From Alphaproteobacteria bacterium (lineage in GTDB: Bacteria > Pseudomonadota > Alphaproteobacteria > UBA7985), in the NCBI GenBank assembly GCA_964228455.1, contig CAXQZM010000043.1, positions 22,633-86,632 of the forward strand: 64,000 nt of DNA. The letters run 5' to 3'. The notes beneath the pieces were generated by a model. It had not been told where the DNA came from and searched no databases. It was given only the letters and a program-made list of their open reading frames with translations. Below are positions 59,887 to 64,000 of this stretch, piece after piece. A program made the translations under genes and the position numbers. The first letter of the stretch is position 1. Each line of letters starts with the position of its first letter.

Positions 59887-60836
59887 TTAGAGTTGCGTTG
59901 GCAGGGGCTGCAGGGGCTTTTGGTCAAAAGCACTTAGGAGCTATTTTGAATATTTCAGATGCTGAGCTTATTTGTCTAATTGGTAGCCCTGGTGATGGAG
60001 TGGAAGAGCTAGCGAACCAAAAAGGCATTAAAAGTTCTGAGGAAAGTCTTTCATTGGCTTTGGCCCGTGACGATATCGATGCCGTTATTCTTGCAACGCC
60101 AACACCCTTGCACGCTCAGCAAACTATAGCCTGTTTAGAGGCAGGAAAACATGTTTTATGTGAAATTCCAATGGCTGAAAGCCTAGCGGACTCAAAAAAA
60201 GTTGCGGCTGTTCACCAACAGTCTGGACTAGTTGGAATGTGCGGGCACATCAGAAGGTTTAATCCATCTCACCAATACATGTATCAGAAAATAAAAGCCG
60301 GTGAGCTGTGTATCCAGCAAATGGATGTGCAAACTTACTTTTTCCGGAGAGAGAACATTAACGCACTTGGTAAGCCAAGAACCTGGACTGACCATCTTCT
60401 CTGGCATCATGCAGCTCATACTATTGATCTCTTCATGTATCAGACTGGCGAGCAGGTATCGGAGGTTTTTGGTTTCCAGGGACCCAAGCATCCTGAGTTA
60501 GGCATCTCTATGGATATGACTATTGGTATGAAAACTCCCACGGGAAAGCTTTGCACATTGTCTTTAAGTTTCAACAATGACGGACCTTTAGGGACCTACT
60601 TTCGGTACATCTGTGATAATGGCACCTACATAGCCCGATATGATGAGTTGGTTAATGGCAGAGAAGAGGCCATTGACCTAACGGAAGTAGCCGTTTCGCT
60701 GAATGGCGTTGAACTGATTGATCGCGAGTTTATTTCTGCGATTAAAGAGGGTCGAAGGCCAAATGGTTCATTCGAACAGATCATCCCAACAATGGAAGTA
60801 ATGCACCGAATCGAACAACAAATGGGGGGCGAGTAA
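59883..60836 (+). CDS. ligC: 4-carboxy-2-hydroxymuconate-6-semialdehyde dehydrogenase (Gfo/Idh/MocA family)
   Basis: Near-colinear recalled match to LigC: VGMCGHIRRFNPSHQYMYQKIKAGEL-IQQMDVQTYFFRR, SWTDHLLWHHAAHT-DLF, LSLSFNNDGPLGT-FRYICDNGT-IARYD. Confidence 0.9.
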   Translation: MIRVALAGAAGAFGQKHLGAILNISDAELICLIGSPGDGVEELANQKGIKSSEESLSLALARDDIDAVILATPTPLHAQQTIACLEAGKHVLCEIPMAESLADSKKVAAVHQQSGLVGMCGHIRRFNPSHQYMYQKIKAGELCIQQMDVQTYFFRRENINALGKPRTWTDHLLWHHAAHTIDLFMYQTGEQVSEVFGFQGPKHPELGISMDMTIGMKTPTGKLCTLSLSFNNDGPLGTYFRYICDNGTYIARYDELVNGREEAIDLTEVAVSLNGVELIDREFISAIKEGRRPNGSFEQIIPTMEVMHRIEQQMGGE

Positions 60837-61570
60837 TGTCCGATAAAAAAACTGCCTTAGTTATTTCTGCTCACGCTGCTGATTTTGTCTGGCGCGCTGG
60901 TGGAGCGATCGCAAAACATGCAGCTCAGGGCTATGATGTCACAGTTGTTTGCCTTTCTTTTGGAGAGCGGGGGGAGAGCGCAAAACTCTGGAAGAAAGAT
61001 GGCATGACACTTGACCGAGTTAAGGCTGCCCGAGCGAATGAGGCTGAAAAAGCTGCCCATGCGCTAGGCGTACACGACCTACAATTTTTTGACTTGGGCG
61101 ATTATCCCTTAACTTTAAGTAAAGACGATAAGTACAAACTGGTTGATGTTATAAGGAAAGTGCAGCCAAAATTCATGATGAGTCACAGTGCTTATGATCC
61201 ATACAACACTGATCATATGTACACTACTTCCATCGCATTGGAAACGCGAATGATTGCTCAAGCTTGGGGCCACAACCCTGGCGAAAAGGTTTTAGGCGCG
61301 CCTCAGCTATACTTATTTGAGCCTCATCAAACAGAGCAAATGGGCTGGAAACCAAACGTGTTTTTGGACATTTCAGATGTATGGGACAAAAAACGTGCAG
61401 CCATTGAGTGTATGGAGGGCCAGGAGCACCTTTGGGACTTCTACACTAATGTTGCAGAGAATAGAGGCAATCATTTCCGCCGAAATTCTGGAGGACAGTC
61501 AGGAGGCCGAAAAGCTACCCATGCTGAAGGTTTTCAGGCTGTTTTCCCAAGCACTGTGGATGAGCTCTGA
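60836..61570 (+). CDS. PIG-L/LmbE-family protein, putative 4-oxalomesaconate hydratase of the GalB type
   Basis: LmbE-like N-terminus ([41 protein letters not shown]) with an HxxD metal-site pattern. Sits where the hydratase (LigJ) would be in a lig operon. Function inferred from GalB of the Pseudomonas putida gallate pathway, which belongs to this family. Confidence 0.55.
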   Translation: MSDKKTALVISAHAADFVWRAGGAIAKHAAQGYDVTVVCLSFGERGESAKLWKKDGMTLDRVKAARANEAEKAAHALGVHDLQFFDLGDYPLTLSKDDKYKLVDVIRKVQPKFMMSHSAYDPYNTDHMYTTSIALETRMIAQAWGHNPGEKVLGAPQLYLFEPHQTEQMGWKPNVFLDISDVWDKKRAAIECMEGQEHLWDFYTNVAENRGNHFRRNSGGQSGGRKATHAEGFQAVFPSTVDEL

Positions 61571-62244
61571 TGGCTGGGATTGTTGTTCAAGATATTGAGC
61601 GGACATCACTAGAATTAGTCGATGGCCTAGCCAAGTTGGGTGTAGCAACGGTGCACGAGGCAGCCGGGAGGGTTGGATGTCTAGCTAGTTACATGAAACC
61701 CCGGTTAAAAGGAGCTCGTGTTGCTGGGAATGCCGTGACAGTGTCTATCCCACCATGCGATAATTGGATGATCCATGTAGCAGTTGAGCAGTGCCAAGCG
61801 GGAGACGTTCTTGTTGTTGCTCCAACATCCCCATCAGATGCAGGATATTTTGGTGATTTGTTAGCTACCTCACTTATGTCGCGTGGCGTGCGTGGTTTAA
61901 TCATTGAAGCGGGTGTTCGCGATACAGCAGAGCTGGAGGAGATGGGTTTTCCAGTGTGGTCGAAAACCGTATCAGCGCAAGGCACAGTTAAGGAAACTCT
62001 GGGAGACGTTAACGTATCCATTGTCTGTGGGGGGCAACGCATCAACCCAGGAGATGTGGTGGTAGCTGATGATGATGGAGTTTGTGTAATAAGCCAGCAA
62101 TCGGCCGCAGTTACTTTAGAGAAAGCTAAATCACGTGAAGAGAATGAAGCTGGGAAGAGGGTTCGTTTCGAGTCCGGAGAATTGGGTCTGGATATTTATG
62201 GTATGCGCCAGCGGTTAGCTGAGAAGGGACTTAAGTACATTTAA
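61570..62244 (+). CDS. ligK: 4-carboxy-4-hydroxy-2-oxoadipate aldolase / oxaloacetate decarboxylase (RraA-like)
   Basis: RraA/MenG-like fold; size and position match LigK/GalC. Confidence 0.75.
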   Translation: MAGIVVQDIERTSLELVDGLAKLGVATVHEAAGRVGCLASYMKPRLKGARVAGNAVTVSIPPCDNWMIHVAVEQCQAGDVLVVAPTSPSDAGYFGDLLATSLMSRGVRGLIIEAGVRDTAELEEMGFPVWSKTVSAQGTVKETLGDVNVSIVCGGQRINPGDVVVADDDGVCVISQQSAAVTLEKAKSREENEAGKRVRFESGELGLDIYGMRQRLAEKGLKYI

Positions 62245-62248
62245 GCTT

Positions 62249-63289
62249 ATGGTTTCTATTCCCGCCACCTGGATGAGAGGAGGGACATCAAAGGGTTTAT
62301 ACTTCCTTTTAGATGACTTGCCTACAGATCCCTCAGAGAGAGATGCCCTCCTATTGCGGTTAATGGGGTCTCCAGACAATGAGCAAATTGACGGGATTGG
62401 TGGGGGGCAGCCTGTGACTTCAAAAGTTGCTGTCGTATCTTTATCCAACCGGGTCGATGCAGATTTAGATTATCTTTTTTTGCAGGTTTTTGTTGATCAG
62501 TCTCTAGTTTCGTCAAAACAAAACTGTGGGAATATTTTAGCGGGCGTAGCACCATTTGCTATTGAGAAAGGGCTCGTTTCTGGGGAGGGGCCAATTCGGA
62601 TCCACCAGGTTAATTCTGGCCAAATTGCTCAAACAATCATCAAAATGAAGAATGGCCAGGTAGTTTATGATGGAGGTGCTGCAATTGACGGCGTGCCTGG
62701 AACTGCAGCACCAGTTCCATTAGCCTTTGAAGGAACGGCTGGGTCAACCTGCGGTGCCCTGCTACCTACGGGTAATCCGGTAGATGAAATAAATGGCATC
62801 TCCGTAACTATGATAGATCAAGGAATGCCTTGTGTCCTTTTGCGTGCTGCAGACCTGGATATTACAGGGAAAGAGTCTCCTGATGAGTTGGAACAAAATC
62901 AGGACTTAAGAAAAAAACTTGAGGAGGTTCGACTGAAAGCTGGAACCATGATGAACCTCGGCGACGTGTCTGAGGCATCGGTTCCAAAGATGATGCTGAT
63001 ATCAAAGCCATTGAATGGGGGTCTTGTCCAGACACGCACTTTCATTCCATTTCGGTGCCATCCAACGATTGGACTATTCCAAGCAGGAACAGCAGCCACT
63101 GCATGCTTTGTGCCGGGGTCCATTGCCGAGGGGTTGGCTGCTAAAGAAAGCCTTCACGATGGGACCGTTTTGATTGAACATCCAGCAGGCGCTTTGCCTA
63201 TCGGGCTTACGTTTAAGGATGGTAAAGTAGATAGAATTGCTAGTATCAGAACAGCGCGCAAATTAATGGATGGATTAGTATATTCTTGA
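62249..63289 (+). CDS. ligU: 4-oxalomesaconate tautomerase (PrpF family)
   Basis: PrpF-family N-terminus IPATWMRGGTSKG; 346 aa; last gene of the operon. Confidence 0.75.
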   Translation: MVSIPATWMRGGTSKGLYFLLDDLPTDPSERDALLLRLMGSPDNEQIDGIGGGQPVTSKVAVVSLSNRVDADLDYLFLQVFVDQSLVSSKQNCGNILAGVAPFAIEKGLVSGEGPIRIHQVNSGQIAQTIIKMKNGQVVYDGGAAIDGVPGTAAPVPLAFEGTAGSTCGALLPTGNPVDEINGISVTMIDQGMPCVLLRAADLDITGKESPDELEQNQDLRKKLEEVRLKAGTMMNLGDVSEASVPKMMLISKPLNGGLVQTRTFIPFRCHPTIGLFQAGTAATACFVPGSIAEGLAAKESLHDGTVLIEHPAGALPIGLTFKDGKVDRIASIRTARKLMDGLVYS

Positions 63290-63299
63290 AATTGAGTCG

Positions 63300-64000
63300 T
63301 TATGGCAGCGTTAAGAGCAAAATGGCTGTTAGCGAAAAGGCGCCAAAAACGAGTGTAAGGGTTGACGACTTAGACGCAAATTTCTCTTCACCGAACGTGG
63401 CAGCAACAGCGGGGTAAACTGATACCATCGGAATGGCTGCGAGCGCAACACAGGCCCGCGCCGTTTCCCAGTCAAACCCAGGCCCGGAGATCACATATAC
63501 TGAATACATGGCAATAAGCATGAGCAAAGGATGGCCAATTAGTTTTAAAAACATAGTGTATATAACTTGACGATCTGCAGACCAGATATTTGCACCAAAC
63601 AAGGTACTGCCGATGAAGAAGAGAGCCAGCCCTGCAGCGGATCTAGAGATGAAGTTCGCAGCTGTTGCAACACCATCTGTCAATGGTAGCAGCCATGGTT
63701 GGCTCATGTGGTTGGATATTGAAAGTGTTATGGGGTCAGGAATTGCGAGCCTTAACAAAGCAACGGCCATCCCCCCAAGAATACTGGCAATTATTGGGTT
63801 TTTAACTGACTGAACGAGCAAGCCAGCCACTTGGCCCAAATTAATGCTGCTACCATTCTTTAATCCTCGCCAAAGCGCCAACTTCACAGGGACCATCACA
63901 CATGATTGAACCAGAAACAAAATCGTTAAGGCCTTTGGCCCTGCGGCTCCAAACGCAGGGGAAGCTATCATCAGTGCAAAGCCAATCATGACGGCATTGG
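63300..64000 (-). CDS. AEC (auxin efflux carrier/malate permease-like) family transporter, 5'-truncated by the window end
   Basis: C-terminal ~230 aa of a polytopic membrane protein with an AEC-like hydrophobic pattern. The ORF runs to the window edge, so the N-terminus is missing. Confidence 0.5.
   Translation of the reverse strand, partial: NAVMIGFALMIASPAFGAAGPKALTILFLVQSCVMVPVKLALWRGLKNGSSINLGQVAGLLVQSVKNPIIASILGGMAVALLRLAIPDPITLSISNHMSQPWLLPLTDGVATAANFISRSAAGLALFFIGSTLFGANIWSADRQVIYTMFLKLIGHPLLMLIAMYSVYVISGPGFDWETARACVALAAIPMVSVYPAVAATFGEEKFASKSSTLTLVFGAFSLTAILLLTLP

Noticed and set aside
1-64000. CRISPR arrays, IS elements, prophage or defence-system genes
   Set aside because: No direct-repeat/spacer periodicity, no transposase, integrase, nuclease-helicase or toxin-antitoxin-like ORFs were seen. 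The gene content is metabolic and housekeeping throughout.

Overview
The window reads as core, not accessory, genome of a moderate-GC (about 48-50% by eye) bacterium; the gene set (pcs, ctaA, PCu(A)C, SCO, DUF1285-Nudix-CCA triad, DUF1013-like protein) suggests an alphaproteobacterium. It is almost fully coding on both strands, with about 65 protein genes, one tRNA-Ala(GGC), no rRNA, no CRISPR array, and no integrase or transposase.

Main blocks, in order:
- A taurine/sulfonate-type ABC transporter (tauA/tauB-like, then a TauC-like permease carrying a roughly 430-aa insertion).
- A redox and lipid block: pta-like, aldehyde dehydrogenase, LLM monooxygenase, hydrolase, pcs.
- Amidohydrolase, ABC exporter and GNAT, translationally coupled.
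- The DUF1285 - Nudix - CCA-adding enzyme triad.
- Copper and heme-A assembly genes, dispersed: PCu(A)C, ctaA, SCO.
- Pyruvate kinase.
- An orphan TRAP DctQ/DctM pair with large extensions and no DctP.
- pepA-like, rluB, rsmD, pheS (no adjacent pheT), purEK, pyrD-trmB, HU, argD, recX.
- The conserved lnt-corC-ybeY-phoH-miaB cluster.
- A Dpp/Opp-type ABC operon plus a sulfatase-like gene.
- A MarR-headed protocatechuate 4,5-cleavage (lig) operon: ligI, ligA, ligB, ligC, a GalB-type hydratase, ligK, ligU.

No toxin, nuclease or defence-like system is visible. The most unusual features are transporter proteins with large, unrecognisable inserted or appended domains, and the hybrid lig/gal pathway with a clear MarR operator. 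All identifications are from reading the translations and recalled family motifs; no database search was run.
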